A stretch of DNA of 64,000 nt from Candidatus Kaiserbacteria bacterium. Its GTDB lineage: Bacteria; Patescibacteriota; Minisyncoccia; Phycocordibacterales; UBA2100. The stretch lies in the NCBI GenBank assembly GCA_003164215.1, contig PLSR01000017.1, positions 28,656 through 92,655 on the forward strand. Direction: 5' to 3'. Every line of letters begins with the position of its first letter. The first letter of the stretch is position 1. Made by a program: the position numbers and the translations under genes. Shown here one piece after another: positions 9,570-18,954 of this stretch. Below the pieces are notes generated by a model. That model had not been told where the DNA came from. It did no database searches and saw nothing but the letters and a program-made list of their open reading frames with translations.

Positions 9570-10352
9570 ATGTCTACATACAAAATAACAATAACGATCG
9601 CAGGCGCCGCGGCAACGGCGATGATGATATTCGGCGCGGTGCCGGCATTGGCACAGACCGCGGCAACGACTACAAAGACCGAGGCTGCTCTCGCCGCACG
9701 ATTGTCGGCTATCGTAACGAAGGCGGATTCCGATATTTCTGCACGTATTACGGCTTTGAATGATCTCAATACACGTGTGCAGAGCTTGAAGAATGTTTCT
9801 ACTGATGAAAAGACCTCGATCGCGTCGCAGGTGCAGACCAATATCACCGGTCTTACGGCTTTGCAAACGACGATCGACGCCGACACGGTCGTCGCGACCG
9901 CGCGTACTGACGCGGCGACAATATTCACGACATTTCGCATCTATGCGCTCGTCGTACCGCAAGGATGGATACTTGCATCGGCTGATCGGGTCACAACGAT
10001 CACCGGACTTATGACGAGTTTGGCAACCAACATTCAGACACGCATCACGGCGGATCAATCCGCAGGAAAGGATGTCTCGGCGCTTACCGCGGCACTTGCG
10101 GATATGCAGGCGAAGATCACCGATGCAAATACTCAGTCGACATCGGCACAGTCCGGAGTGACGTCGCTCGTACCTGATCAAGGCAATAAGACGACGGCCG
10201 CAAGCAACCATGCGGCACTCGTCGCGGCACGTGGCGACATTAAGACCGCGACCGCTGACATTACTGCGGCGCGCAAAGACGTCACGACGCTCTTGCAAGG
10301 ATTGAGGTCGCTTGATGGGAGTGCATCGGCTTCCCCGACAGCCGCGCAATAA
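9570..10352 (+). CDS. secreted Ala/Thr-rich coiled-coil protein, hypothetical
   Basis: Signal peptide ending ...VPALAQT followed by heptad-like repeats. The opposing Cys/Arg-rich ORFs (9398..10364) are compositional artefacts. Confidence 0.55.
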   Translation: MSTYKITITIAGAAATAMMIFGAVPALAQTAATTTKTEAALAARLSAIVTKADSDISARITALNDLNTRVQSLKNVSTDEKTSIASQVQTNITGLTALQTTIDADTVVATARTDAATIFTTFRIYALVVPQGWILASADRVTTITGLMTSLATNIQTRITADQSAGKDVSALTAALADMQAKITDANTQSTSAQSGVTSLVPDQGNKTTAASNHAALVAARGDIKTATADITAARKDVTTLLQGLRSLDGSASASPTAAQ

Positions 10353-10378
10353 AAACTTGCTCAATAGAAGTAAACGAA

Positions 10379-10407
10379 CGCGGGCGCCCCCTGAAGGGGC
10401 GCCCGCG
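10379..10407 (+). terminator. GC-rich perfect hairpin, possible intrinsic terminator without a U-tract
   Basis: CGCGGGCGCCCC / GGGGCGCCCGCG 12-bp stem with a 5-nt loop (c at 10391 plus tgaa at 10392..10395), 27 nt after the 9570..10352 stop. Confidence 0.4.
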
Positions 10408-10441
10408 TGAGTAATATCGAATCTTCAGGCATAATGAACGT

Positions 10442-10903
10442 ATGATCGGAAAGCCGATACCATATCGTAAGCAGGAAACGAGCGTTTATTGCGGTCCTGC
10501 AATAGTTCAGATGATACTCGCCGCATACGGCAAGGAACTGTCACAGGGGTCTATTGCACGGGAAATGGGTACCGACGAACAGGGGACGCCAGTGGCTCGT
10601 ATTGAAGATTTTCTTGGATCACATGGATTTGAAGTTCAACGCAAGAATGGAGCGGATTGGGACGACATTATCAGCGCCCTCGGTGCGGGATCGATCGTCG
10701 TCGTTGGCTATATTGAACCGTCAGACGAAAAGGCGCACTACTCGATTGCAGTCTCGACTACCGACCATGCGGTGTCCCTGCTCGATCCGTGGTTCGGAGA
10801 AGAACATATTTTGTTGCGTGATGAATTCATAAAAAGGTGGAGGGATGATGCAGACGAGGCCTACGGCGAACGCATGATGATGGCAGTTTCGATGCCACAG
10901 TAA
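10442..10903 (+). CDS. C39-like (papain-fold) cysteine peptidase domain protein
   Basis: Catalytic Cys context SVYCGPAIVQMIL near the N-terminus and a downstream His (HYSIAVS), typical of Peptidase_C39_2. Confidence 0.55.
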   Translation: MIGKPIPYRKQETSVYCGPAIVQMILAAYGKELSQGSIAREMGTDEQGTPVARIEDFLGSHGFEVQRKNGADWDDIISALGAGSIVVVGYIEPSDEKAHYSIAVSTTDHAVSLLDPWFGEEHILLRDEFIKRWRDDADEAYGERMMMAVSMPQ

Positions 10904-10946
10904 TCGCGCGCTTTGAGTTTCGCTCGCGATACGGTACGGTAGGACG

Positions 10947-12404
10947 GTGGCGAAGGAAGAAACGATCATCCGATTCGAAGATGTCTCATTCGAATACGGT
11001 CCCACGAAGCAGATCCTCGATGAGGTGAATTTTTCTATTCGTCGTGGAACGAAGACGACGATCATGGGTCAGAATGGGGCGGGGAAGTCGACGATCTTCG
11101 GGCTCATTACGGGTGCGCATGTGCCGGAAGAGGGAACCATCAATATGAGCAATGGACTCACGATAGCGATCGCACGCCAAGTGATACCGCGCGCGGAGCT
11201 CGATCTCACGGTGCGCGAATTCTTTCAGAAATGTTTCCCCAAGAAGGTCTATGATATCGACCCGCGCATCGACGGCGTGCTCGATATCGTCAACCTCAAG
11301 GGTCACGAAAAGATCTACGAACGCATGGTGAAATCATTTTCCGGCGGTCAGCAGGCGCGTCTTTTGCTCGCATCCGCGCTTATACAAGATCCAGACTTGC
11401 TCCTTTTAGACGAGCCGACTAACAATCTCGACTCCGCTGGTATAAAACACCTCACCGAATATCTCGTCGCGTACGACAAGTCTGTCATGGTCATTTCGCA
11501 CGATGCCGAATTTCTGAATTCATTCAGCGACGGCGTCTTGTACCTCGATGTCAGAACGAAGAAAGTCGAGCAATATGCGGGCAATTACAGCGATGTTTTA
11601 CAGGAGATCACAGCGCGCATTGAGCGCGAGAATATGAAGAATGCGCGGCTCGCGAAGAAGATCCTTGCGAACAAAGAGAAGATAAACTTTTTTGCGCACA
11701 AGGGCGGCAAGATGCGCCTCGTCGCCAAGAAGATGAAGGACGAAGTGGAAGAAATGGAGGAGGACAAAGTCGATGTCCGCAAGGAGGACAAGACGATCAA
11801 ACCCTTCACCATTCCCGCGCAACACATGGTCGGCGAACTATTGCACATCAGTTCATACAAGACGATCAAAGATCATCAGCCCGTGAAGCACAAATGCAAC
11901 GTGTCGTTGAAGCGCGGCAAGCACCTATTGCTGAAGGGTCCCAACGGCATCGGCAAATCGACCTTGCTGGAGGCGATCGCGCACAACAAAGCGGAAGGTA
12001 CGACGATCATGGACGGCATCAAGATCGGGTATTACCGGCAGGATTTTTCGACGCTTAACTTCGACGATACCGTCGGCGAGTCGCTCTTGGCAGTGATGCC
12101 CAAAGCGATCGAACAAACGATGCGTGCGACTGCGGCGGCATTTCTCATCGGCGCCGATGCGATCAATACGAAGATCGGCAGTCTTTCAGAAGGCCAGAAA
12201 GGCCTCGTGGCATTCGCGCGACTTGTGCTCGAAGCACCGGGGCTTCTCATTCTTGATGAACCGACCAACCATATCAACTTCCGCCACCTGCCGGTGATCG
12301 CCAAGGCACTTTCAGAGTATCAGGGGGCGATGGTCTTAGTAAGTCACGTTCCTGAATTCGTGTCTCAAATTCGCATAGATGATGTGTTAGATTTGGAGAG
12401 ATGA
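10947..12404 (+). CDS. ABC-F family ATPase (two ABC domains, no transmembrane domain)
   Basis: GTG start. Two sets of Walker A, signature and Walker B motifs: MGQNGAGKST / LSGGQQARL / LLLLDEPTNNLD, and LKGPNGIGKST / LSEGQKGLV / LILDEPTNHI. Confidence 0.85.
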   Translation: MAKEETIIRFEDVSFEYGPTKQILDEVNFSIRRGTKTTIMGQNGAGKSTIFGLITGAHVPEEGTINMSNGLTIAIARQVIPRAELDLTVREFFQKCFPKKVYDIDPRIDGVLDIVNLKGHEKIYERMVKSFSGGQQARLLLASALIQDPDLLLLDEPTNNLDSAGIKHLTEYLVAYDKSVMVISHDAEFLNSFSDGVLYLDVRTKKVEQYAGNYSDVLQEITARIERENMKNARLAKKILANKEKINFFAHKGGKMRLVAKKMKDEVEEMEEDKVDVRKEDKTIKPFTIPAQHMVGELLHISSYKTIKDHQPVKHKCNVSLKRGKHLLLKGPNGIGKSTLLEAIAHNKAEGTTIMDGIKIGYYRQDFSTLNFDDTVGESLLAVMPKAIEQTMRATAAAFLIGADAINTKIGSLSEGQKGLVAFARLVLEAPGLLILDEPTNHINFRHLPVIAKALSEYQGAMVLVSHVPEFVSQIRIDDVLDLER

Positions 12405-12946
12405 GTGAAGAAATTACATACACACTCAAGCGAAGCATTCGCGCGCGGGCATTGCGCATATCCATATTGAATCGCGACCAAGTGATTGTCACCGCGCCAC
12501 GCACGATGAGCGAGCGTGTCATCGAACGATTCGTCACGTCAAAATCTGACTGGATCATTTCAAAACTCGAATACTTGAAGCGTCTGCCGGACCACCTGTT
12601 CCTCAAGAACAGCAAGAAGGATTTTCAGAAGTATAAAGCGGCGGCGCTCGGCGTAGCCGAGCGCCGCATTGCGTTCTTCAACAAGATTTACGGATTCGAT
12701 TTCAAAAAAATCGTTATCCGAGACCAAAAAACGCGATGGGGAAGTTGCTCCAAGACCGGCACGATCAGCTTCAACTATAAGATAGCGCTTTTGCCGCCGC
12801 ATCTCGCTGACTACATCATCGTGCACGAACTCTGCCATTTCGGCGAGATGAATCATTCCCGGAAATTCTGGGCACTCGTCGGGCGAACGCTACCTGATTT
12901 TAAATTACTTCGTCGAGAGCTGAACGGCAAAGGAATGCGGCAATAG
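12401..12946 (+). CDS. YgjP/DUF45 (M48-like) metal-dependent hydrolase
   Basis: TRWGSCS and HELCH motifs. 4-nt overlap with the ABC-F gene. Confidence 0.8.
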   Translation: MSEEITYTLKRSIRARALRISILNRDQVIVTAPRTMSERVIERFVTSKSDWIISKLEYLKRLPDHLFLKNSKKDFQKYKAAALGVAERRIAFFNKIYGFDFKKIVIRDQKTRWGSCSKTGTISFNYKIALLPPHLADYIIVHELCHFGEMNHSRKFWALVGRTLPDFKLLRRELNGKGMRQ

Positions 12947-12970
12947 CATCGTTTGTGCTAGCATGACGGC

Positions 12971-13933
12971 ATGTTAGTCGACGAAATGACGATACGGCTC
13001 ACCGCAGGTAACGGCGGGAAAGGCCGAGCGGCTTTCAATAAGGTGAAGCTTATGCAGGGCCCCAGCGGCGGCGATGGCGGTCACGGCGGCAATATTTACC
13101 TTGAAGGTGTCGTTGATATCGGTGCCTTGGCAATGTACTCGAATAAGAAAGAGATCAAGGCGCATGACGGAAAGAACGGCGGTGCGCAATTCACCGACGG
13201 CCACCGCGGCGAAGATCTATATCTAAAAGTGCCGATCGGCACGGTGGTCACCAATCTCGATACCGGTTACACCGACGAGATCATTAAGGTCGGTCAGAAG
13301 ATCCTCGTTGCCGGCGGCGGGATCGGCGGACGCGGCAATTACAAATTCCGTTCGTCGACCAATACGACGCCGATGGAATTCGAGCCGGGCAAAAAAGGCG
13401 ACAGTGCTTCATACAAGCTCGAGTTGCGACTCATCGCCGACGTCGGATTCATCGGTCTGCCCAATGCGGGGAAGTCGAGTCTTCTTAATGAACTCACACA
13501 AGCGAGGGCCAAGGTCGCGAACTATCCGTTCACGACGCTCGAACCGAACCTTGGTTCGTATTACGGGACGGTCATCGCCGACATCCCGGGCCTTATCGAA
13601 GGAGCATCCGACGGCAAGGGTCTCGGCGTGAAATTTCTCAAGCACATCGAGCGCACTGACACGTTCTTCCACCTTGTCTCGTGCGAGAGCGATGACGTGG
13701 TGCGTGATTACAAAACGGTTCGCAAAGAATTGGAACAATATGATTCCGCGCTTTCGAAGAAACATGAGGTCGTTTTCCTGACCAAGAGCGACATGGTGAC
13801 CCCGGAGGTGATGAAAGAAAAAGTGAAGGCGCTCAAGAAAATAAAAGTTGTCGCGATCCCGTTCTCGATCCTCGAACCGGAGAGTTTGGAGCTTGTGAAG
13901 AAAGCGTTGAATGCGATTCGGGATAAGAAGTGA
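12971..13933 (+). CDS. obg: GTPase Obg
   Basis: Obg fold with Gly-rich N-terminus (GNGGKG, GGDGGHGG) and G-domain motifs GLPNAGKSSLL and DIPGLIEGAS. Confidence 0.9.
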   Translation: MLVDEMTIRLTAGNGGKGRAAFNKVKLMQGPSGGDGGHGGNIYLEGVVDIGALAMYSNKKEIKAHDGKNGGAQFTDGHRGEDLYLKVPIGTVVTNLDTGYTDEIIKVGQKILVAGGGIGGRGNYKFRSSTNTTPMEFEPGKKGDSASYKLELRLIADVGFIGLPNAGKSSLLNELTQARAKVANYPFTTLEPNLGSYYGTVIADIPGLIEGASDGKGLGVKFLKHIERTDTFFHLVSCESDDVVRDYKTVRKELEQYDSALSKKHEVVFLTKSDMVTPEVMKEKVKALKKIKVVAIPFSILEPESLELVKKALNAIRDKK

Positions 13934-14000
13934 TTTTTTCTACTGAGGATATCGGCATTGCACAGCGGTGCCCATATGATTTAATGTCATTGTTGTTATC

Positions 14001-14312
14001 GTGAGGGAGAGTTTGAACATAGTCACACTTTCTATGGCTTTTGAATCCGGACCTAAGTTTGAAAAACCGTCATGCGAGAATGAGGTTCATGAACTAATTT
14101 CTGACCTTGATACGGAATTCGGCTCTGAAACAGTGGATCAGGCGCTCGACCGCATCTTCAAGCCCAGTGGAGAGATTACCAACTTACCACCCGCATCAGA
14201 TGTTTTCATCAAGCATCTTGAGTTGATAGAAAAGAAGTTCGGGCATGAACATACAATGGATGCGTTAGCTGCGGCTTACGAGAAAAGACAATCTTCGCAC
14301 GAGGCTCAATAA
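14001..14312 (+). CDS. hypothetical protein
   Basis: 103-aa ORF with no recognisable motifs. Confidence 0.3.
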   Translation: MRESLNIVTLSMAFESGPKFEKPSCENEVHELISDLDTEFGSETVDQALDRIFKPSGEITNLPPASDVFIKHLELIEKKFGHEHTMDALAAAYEKRQSSHEAQ

Positions 14313-14372
14313 GGAAAGACTTATCCCGTCGGCAATTCTTCGAAAGTCATTTCCATATCGTATAATCATGCG

Positions 14373-15722
14373 ATGCCTTCCGAACATCGTCGCGAACGTG
14401 GATTGATCGAAGCGATCATTGTTATCGTCGTTATCGCGCTCATCGGCGGGTATTTTTGGTATTCGCACTTCTACACGGCAATTCCCGCAACCGCCCCCGC
14501 CTATAAGACCGCTGCAGAAGCATCCAATGTATACGTCCGTTTCGACATGGAAGCGTACGATCTGATCGTTAAGAATTATTGGCAGATGCCGACCGATGCG
14601 GCCATGTCACAGCTCTTTCAATCATCGCTCGTGAAAGCGCTCTCGCTCATGAATATCGATGATGCATCGACGACGCTCGCGACCGACGATCGCACCGGTA
14701 CCGCCGAATTGCTCGCCAATGCATTCACGTATGCGACGACGACCGACGCGAAAAAGAATCTCGCGGTCGGGATCCTGCAAGTTGCGCTCTATAATCTTCC
14801 ACCCAACGGTCGCGATGAACTTCTTTCTCAGACCCAGCAGGTCGCGCTTCAACAGGAAGTGAACAACGTCAATCCATCGACGAATCTGTATGACAATCTG
14901 GGCGTGCCGACCGGCGCCTCGGTTTCCGCGGTCAACGCGGCATATACAAAAGAAGCGGCTGCGCTCGCCGCATCTACGTCACCCGTCGCAAAGGCACAAC
15001 TTGCGCAGGTCACGTACGCGCATCAGGTGCTCTCCGATACGCAGACCAAAGCCCGCTACGATACGTCGCAAGTCGAGCCGACAATTTTCAGTACGATCAT
15101 GGGTTCGACGCTCTACATTAATATCAGCAAGATGTCGCCGACGACGCTTTCTGAATTCCAGGACGCGCTCGATAATGCCTCGTCGACACCCGGACTCACG
15201 AGCATGATCATCGATCTGCGCGGCAACATCGGCGGCTCGCTTGATGACGCCGCGAGCTTCCTCGGATATTTCCTAGGGGCCAACCAATATGCGTTCGACC
15301 TCTATGCACAGAACACCTACAACGTCATTCGCACGACGAGCGATAAGAATCCACTGCTCGCGCGGTATCGCGAGGTTGCGGTCCTCACCGATGACATGAC
15401 GCAATCGACCGCTGAAGTCCTCACGGCGTCCCTGAAGCGCTATCACATCGCATATTCGGTCGGTGCGACCACGCGCGGATGGGGGACCGTCGAGAACACG
15501 TTCCCGCTAGAGACTTCGACCGATGCGAGCACAACGTATGCGTTGCTTCTGGTCCATGCGATCACCCTTCGCGATGATCAACAGCCGATCCAAGGCCGCG
15601 GCGTTGACCCCGATGTTGCTATTTCCGATTCGAATTGGAAAAGCGAACTTTCGAATTACTTCACGTCGCCGAGCATCATCGCCGCACTTGAAAAAGAAGC
15701 CGATCAGCCGCCGATCCAATAA
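14373..15722 (+). CDS. membrane-anchored S41 (C-terminal processing) peptidase carrying a degenerate J-like domain
   Basis: N-terminal TM. S41 signatures IIDLRGNIGGS and VAVLTDDMTQSTAEVL...LKR. Mid-protein YDNLGVPTGASVSAVNAAYTKEAAALAASTSP...YAHQVLSDTQTKARYD aligns to a DnaJ J-domain but has STSP where HPD belongs. Confidence 0.7.
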   Translation: MPSEHRRERGLIEAIIVIVVIALIGGYFWYSHFYTAIPATAPAYKTAAEASNVYVRFDMEAYDLIVKNYWQMPTDAAMSQLFQSSLVKALSLMNIDDASTTLATDDRTGTAELLANAFTYATTTDAKKNLAVGILQVALYNLPPNGRDELLSQTQQVALQQEVNNVNPSTNLYDNLGVPTGASVSAVNAAYTKEAAALAASTSPVAKAQLAQVTYAHQVLSDTQTKARYDTSQVEPTIFSTIMGSTLYINISKMSPTTLSEFQDALDNASSTPGLTSMIIDLRGNIGGSLDDAASFLGYFLGANQYAFDLYAQNTYNVIRTTSDKNPLLARYREVAVLTDDMTQSTAEVLTASLKRYHIAYSVGATTRGWGTVENTFPLETSTDASTTYALLLVHAITLRDDQQPIQGRGVDPDVAISDSNWKSELSNYFTSPSIIAALEKEADQPPIQ

Positions 15723-15733
15723 AACGAGCAAAA

Positions 15734-15789
15734 CTACAAAGCTCTGAGCTTTGTAGTTATCCCCAGAAGTCACCAAGCTCTGAGCTTGG
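15734..15789. repeat. intergenic double-hairpin palindromic repeat, copy 1
   Basis: ctacaaagctctgagctttgtag (15734..15756) plus ccaagctctgagcttgg (15773..15789); same family as 17690, 20169 and 41049. Confidence 0.7.
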
Positions 15790-15906
15790 CGCAATTTTGC
15801 TCAGCCCTTGCGTTCGGAGGCTTTTTGATGCATAAATAAATCATTACTACCTAAACCGAAGCAAAAACACGGTTTTAAGCCATTTAATCAATCATTATCC
15901 AAGCGT

Positions 15907-17679
15907 ATGAAAACATCTATAAAGGCAATTTCGCTCGTCGTTCTCTTTTCGGCGGCCATGGTAACGACTGCTTCGGCGCTCGTGAATTACCCCCAGAGCT
16001 GGTATTCAGGTTCGTGCGTGAATCTTTCCCGCGATCTTTCCCGCAGTATGCGCGGCTCTGACGTCTTGAGTTTACAGACGTTCCTCGTCAGTCAGAATTT
16101 TCCGGGCGGTGGCGCATGGATGGAGACGGGTCTCTACGGCGCGGCAACGCAAGCGGCAGTGAGTGATTTCCAACAGGAGCAGAGCTTGCCGACGACGGGC
16201 ATTGCAGATTATACGACACGTAATGCGATCGAGCGCCTCACCTGCGGCGGAGTTGTAGCGTATACGACACCGACGGCAACGACCTACCCGACCACCATTC
16301 CGTGGAACGGATATAGCTCGAATTACCCCTATGGCTACGGCAACCTCGTGAGTCTCAACCTCACCGCGCTCTCTCAGAACACCGGTGCGGTCGGCACGCA
16401 GGTGACGATCTATGGCACCGGCTTCGATCAGACGAATAACACGGTCAACTTCGGTTCGGTCGCCCTGACCAACGTCCCGAGCAACGGTACTTCGATCAGC
16501 TTTATAGTTCCGGCGTACACGATCTCCGGCAACGTGAACATCACCGTTTCGGATTCCCTCGGCACGAGCAACGCGCTCGTCTTCGCCGTCAGCTCGTATG
16601 GGTACGGTTGCGGAACCAATTACTTCTACTCCCCGTACAGCTCAAATAGCGGTTCGTGCGGTTGCGGGAGCACTTATTCGAGCACGCTATACGGCACCAC
16701 CTATCCGTACGGTTACAACACGTCCGGCAATTGCGGAACGACACTTCCGTCGAGCAATCTTACCGCGCCGACCATCGTGTATCTGAACCCGATCTCCGGC
16801 GGCACCGGCACATCGGTCACTGTGCTCGGTTCCGGCTTCACGTCGACCAACAATGCGGTGCACTTCGGTACGGGGGTCATCGGCAATCTCATATCGTCGG
16901 ACGGCCAATCGGTCTCGTTCACCGTACCGACGCAGCTCGTCGGCTTCGGCAGTCAGAACACCGGGCTCGGCGTCTACAATGTATACGTCACCAACGGCGA
17001 CGGTTACTCGACCAGTATCGTGCCCTTTACGGTGACGTCGCTCGGCACCGGCGGCAGCATCGTCTCGGTCAACGGCATCAGCGGTCCGACCTCGATCGCG
17101 CTCGGCACCGTGGGCACGTGGACCGTCACCTTGAACAATCCGAGCAATAGCCTGGTCACGGTCTCGGCCAACTGGGGCGACAGCTCGACATACCCGTACA
17201 ACAACAATCTTTCCGCGCCGCAAACGACGACCGCGCAGGGGATCACGACGCTCTCATTCACACACGTCTATACCGTGAACGGCACCTATACGATCACCAT
17301 AACCGCGACGAACGGCAACGGCACGCCGTCCACTTCTACGATGACGGTCGTGGTCGGTGGTTCGGGTATCTACAACGGTAATGTGCCCGTGATCTCGTAC
17401 CTCGCACCGAATGCCGGCTATGTCGGCACGCAGGTGACGCTCTACGGATCGAATCTCTCAGGTGTGAATACGATCCTCTTCGGAAACGGCGCGATACAGA
17501 ATGTGTATTCTCAGAATGGTGCGAGCTTGACCTTCGCAGTTCCGTCGTACGTCACGGCGTATTGCGCCTCCGGCGTCGCGTGCCCGCAATATGCGCAACA
17601 GATAACGCCCGGTACGTATAACGTCTCGGTCATCGGTACGAACGGCACCAGCAACGCCATTTCGTTCAACGTTCAATAA
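15907..17679 (+). CDS. secreted surface protein with an N-terminal peptidoglycan-binding domain and multiple IPT/TIG-like plus PKD-like Ig-fold repeats
   Basis: Signal peptide. PG_binding_1-like region (GSDVLSLQTFL...GLYGAATQAAVSDFQ). Five repeated units built on G(A/T)xGTQVT(I/L)YG(T/S)GF. PKD-like WGD...THVYTVNGTYTITITATN. Confidence 0.7.
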   Translation: MKTSIKAISLVVLFSAAMVTTASALVNYPQSWYSGSCVNLSRDLSRSMRGSDVLSLQTFLVSQNFPGGGAWMETGLYGAATQAAVSDFQQEQSLPTTGIADYTTRNAIERLTCGGVVAYTTPTATTYPTTIPWNGYSSNYPYGYGNLVSLNLTALSQNTGAVGTQVTIYGTGFDQTNNTVNFGSVALTNVPSNGTSISFIVPAYTISGNVNITVSDSLGTSNALVFAVSSYGYGCGTNYFYSPYSSNSGSCGCGSTYSSTLYGTTYPYGYNTSGNCGTTLPSSNLTAPTIVYLNPISGGTGTSVTVLGSGFTSTNNAVHFGTGVIGNLISSDGQSVSFTVPTQLVGFGSQNTGLGVYNVYVTNGDGYSTSIVPFTVTSLGTGGSIVSVNGISGPTSIALGTVGTWTVTLNNPSNSLVTVSANWGDSSTYPYNNNLSAPQTTTAQGITTLSFTHVYTVNGTYTITITATNGNGTPSTSTMTVVVGGSGIYNGNVPVISYLAPNAGYVGTQVTLYGSNLSGVNTILFGNGAIQNVYSQNGASLTFAVPSYVTAYCASGVACPQYAQQITPGTYNVSVIGTNGTSNAISFNVQ

Positions 17680-17689
17680 CGGCAATGTC

Positions 17690-17750
17690 TGCAAAGCTCA
17701 GAGCTTTGTAGTAATCCACAGAAACCACCAAGCGCTGAGCTTGGTGGTTT
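17690..17750. repeat. intergenic double-hairpin palindromic repeat, copy 2
   Basis: gcaaagctcagagctttgtag plus ccaccaagcgctgagcttggtgg. Confidence 0.7.
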
Positions 17751-18437
17751 GTGGCTATGGCGGCCAAAGCGATACATAATGAGCACATGTGGTTCGTGCG
17801 CGCATACTATCGTTTTGTGATCATCGCGATACTACTCGTCGCGATCGTTGCGGTATGCGCGCCGATCGAAATGCGATTTGCAATGCGGCCCTTCACCTAT
17901 ACATCCATAGCGGATGTTCCGACGGCCGAGGTGGCGATCGTCCCCGGTGCGTCAGTCTTGAATGGTAAGCCATCGCCGGTCCTCTCGGCGCGCGCCGATA
18001 CGGCGATCGAGCTTTTTGAATCGGGCAAAGTATCGAAGATATTGGTCACCGGCGACAACGGGCAACTGAATTACGACGAAGTAACACCGGTCCGCCGCTA
18101 TCTTACGGAGGCAGGTATCCCTGCGGATGATATTTTTCTCGATCACGCCGGCTTCGATACGTACAGCAGCATGTATCGCGCGATCGCCGTGTTCCATGCC
18201 GAGTCGGCGATCATCGTCACACAAGATTTTCATTTGCCGCGAGCTTTATACATCGCACGCCATCTCGGCATGACCGCGTACGGTGTCGTTGCCGAAGGAG
18301 GCGGGTCGCCGCTCGATTATCTGCGCGAGGTACCGGCTTCCGATAAAGCGCTCTTCGATCTTCTTGCACATCGCATTCCGGAGTTCCTCGGCGCACCCTT
18401 TCCGTTGACTGGCAGCGGCACTTCCACGTGGTACTAG
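17751..18437 (+). CDS. DUF218 / SanA-YdcF family protein
   Basis: N-terminal TM. IVPGASV...SKILVTGDNG...DHAGFDTYSSM is the DUF218 signature. Confidence 0.65.
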   Translation: MAMAAKAIHNEHMWFVRAYYRFVIIAILLVAIVAVCAPIEMRFAMRPFTYTSIADVPTAEVAIVPGASVLNGKPSPVLSARADTAIELFESGKVSKILVTGDNGQLNYDEVTPVRRYLTEAGIPADDIFLDHAGFDTYSSMYRAIAVFHAESAIIVTQDFHLPRALYIARHLGMTAYGVVAEGGGSPLDYLREVPASDKALFDLLAHRIPEFLGAPFPLTGSGTSTWY

Positions 18438-18597
18438 GAGAAAACACAAAACCGGCGCATTTCTTCGTTGTCCTTCAAAAAATATCACTCATCATATGAA
18501 ATATATGTCTCGCGATATTTTTCTTGTACGCCTCGAACTGCCTCCGGTTTTGTGTCTTCTCATTGCCCAAACGCGCGAATTGTAGTACAAATCAGCG

Positions 18598-18891
18598 ATG
18601 CAAGTCTCGATCCCGCACAAATATTCGCAAGTGGAGGCCGTCACGCGCGTTAAGAAGGTCTTGAATGAATCGCGCTCTAAGCTAGCCAGCCATCTCACGG
18701 ATGTCGAAGAGAAATGGGAGGGAAATATGCTCCATTTCGCGTTCACCGCGCAGAAGCAGCACATCTCCGGCACGCTCGATGTGAAGGACAAGGTGTTCGA
18801 TCTCTACGCGAAACTACCGCTCACATTGCGCCTTTTTGAAGGCCGCATCGAGGCGATGATCCAAGAGCAGGCGGGGCAAATGCTCGGGTAA
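18598..18891 (+). CDS. putative polyhydroxyalkanoic-acid-system family protein (TIGR02610-like)
   Basis: 97 aa. The pattern MxVxIPHxYS...KWEGNMLHF...ISGTLDV...LPLTLRLFEGRIEAMIQEQ is recalled as matching TIGR02610. Confidence 0.45.
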   Translation: MQVSIPHKYSQVEAVTRVKKVLNESRSKLASHLTDVEEKWEGNMLHFAFTAQKQHISGTLDVKDKVFDLYAKLPLTLRLFEGRIEAMIQEQAGQMLG

Positions 18892-18954
18892 CATTCCGCT
18901 CATGAAGGCCGTATGAACGGCTTTTCTTTTTATTTACATCATATGTAGTAGGAT

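Noticed and set aside
9398-10364. Long antisense ORFs (180 and 284 aa) rich in Cys and Arg, opposite the 9570..10352 secreted-protein gene
   Set aside because: The extreme Cys/Arg composition with no motifs is typical of reading the antisense strand of a GC3-rich Ala/Thr-rich gene. The + strand ORF has a signal peptide and coherent composition.
16428-17694. ORFs antisense or out of frame within the IPT/TIG surface-protein gene (e.g. 16656..17150 +, 16687..17223 -)
   Set aside because: They are Arg/His/Asp-rich frame artefacts of a Gly/Thr/Ser-rich repeat gene.
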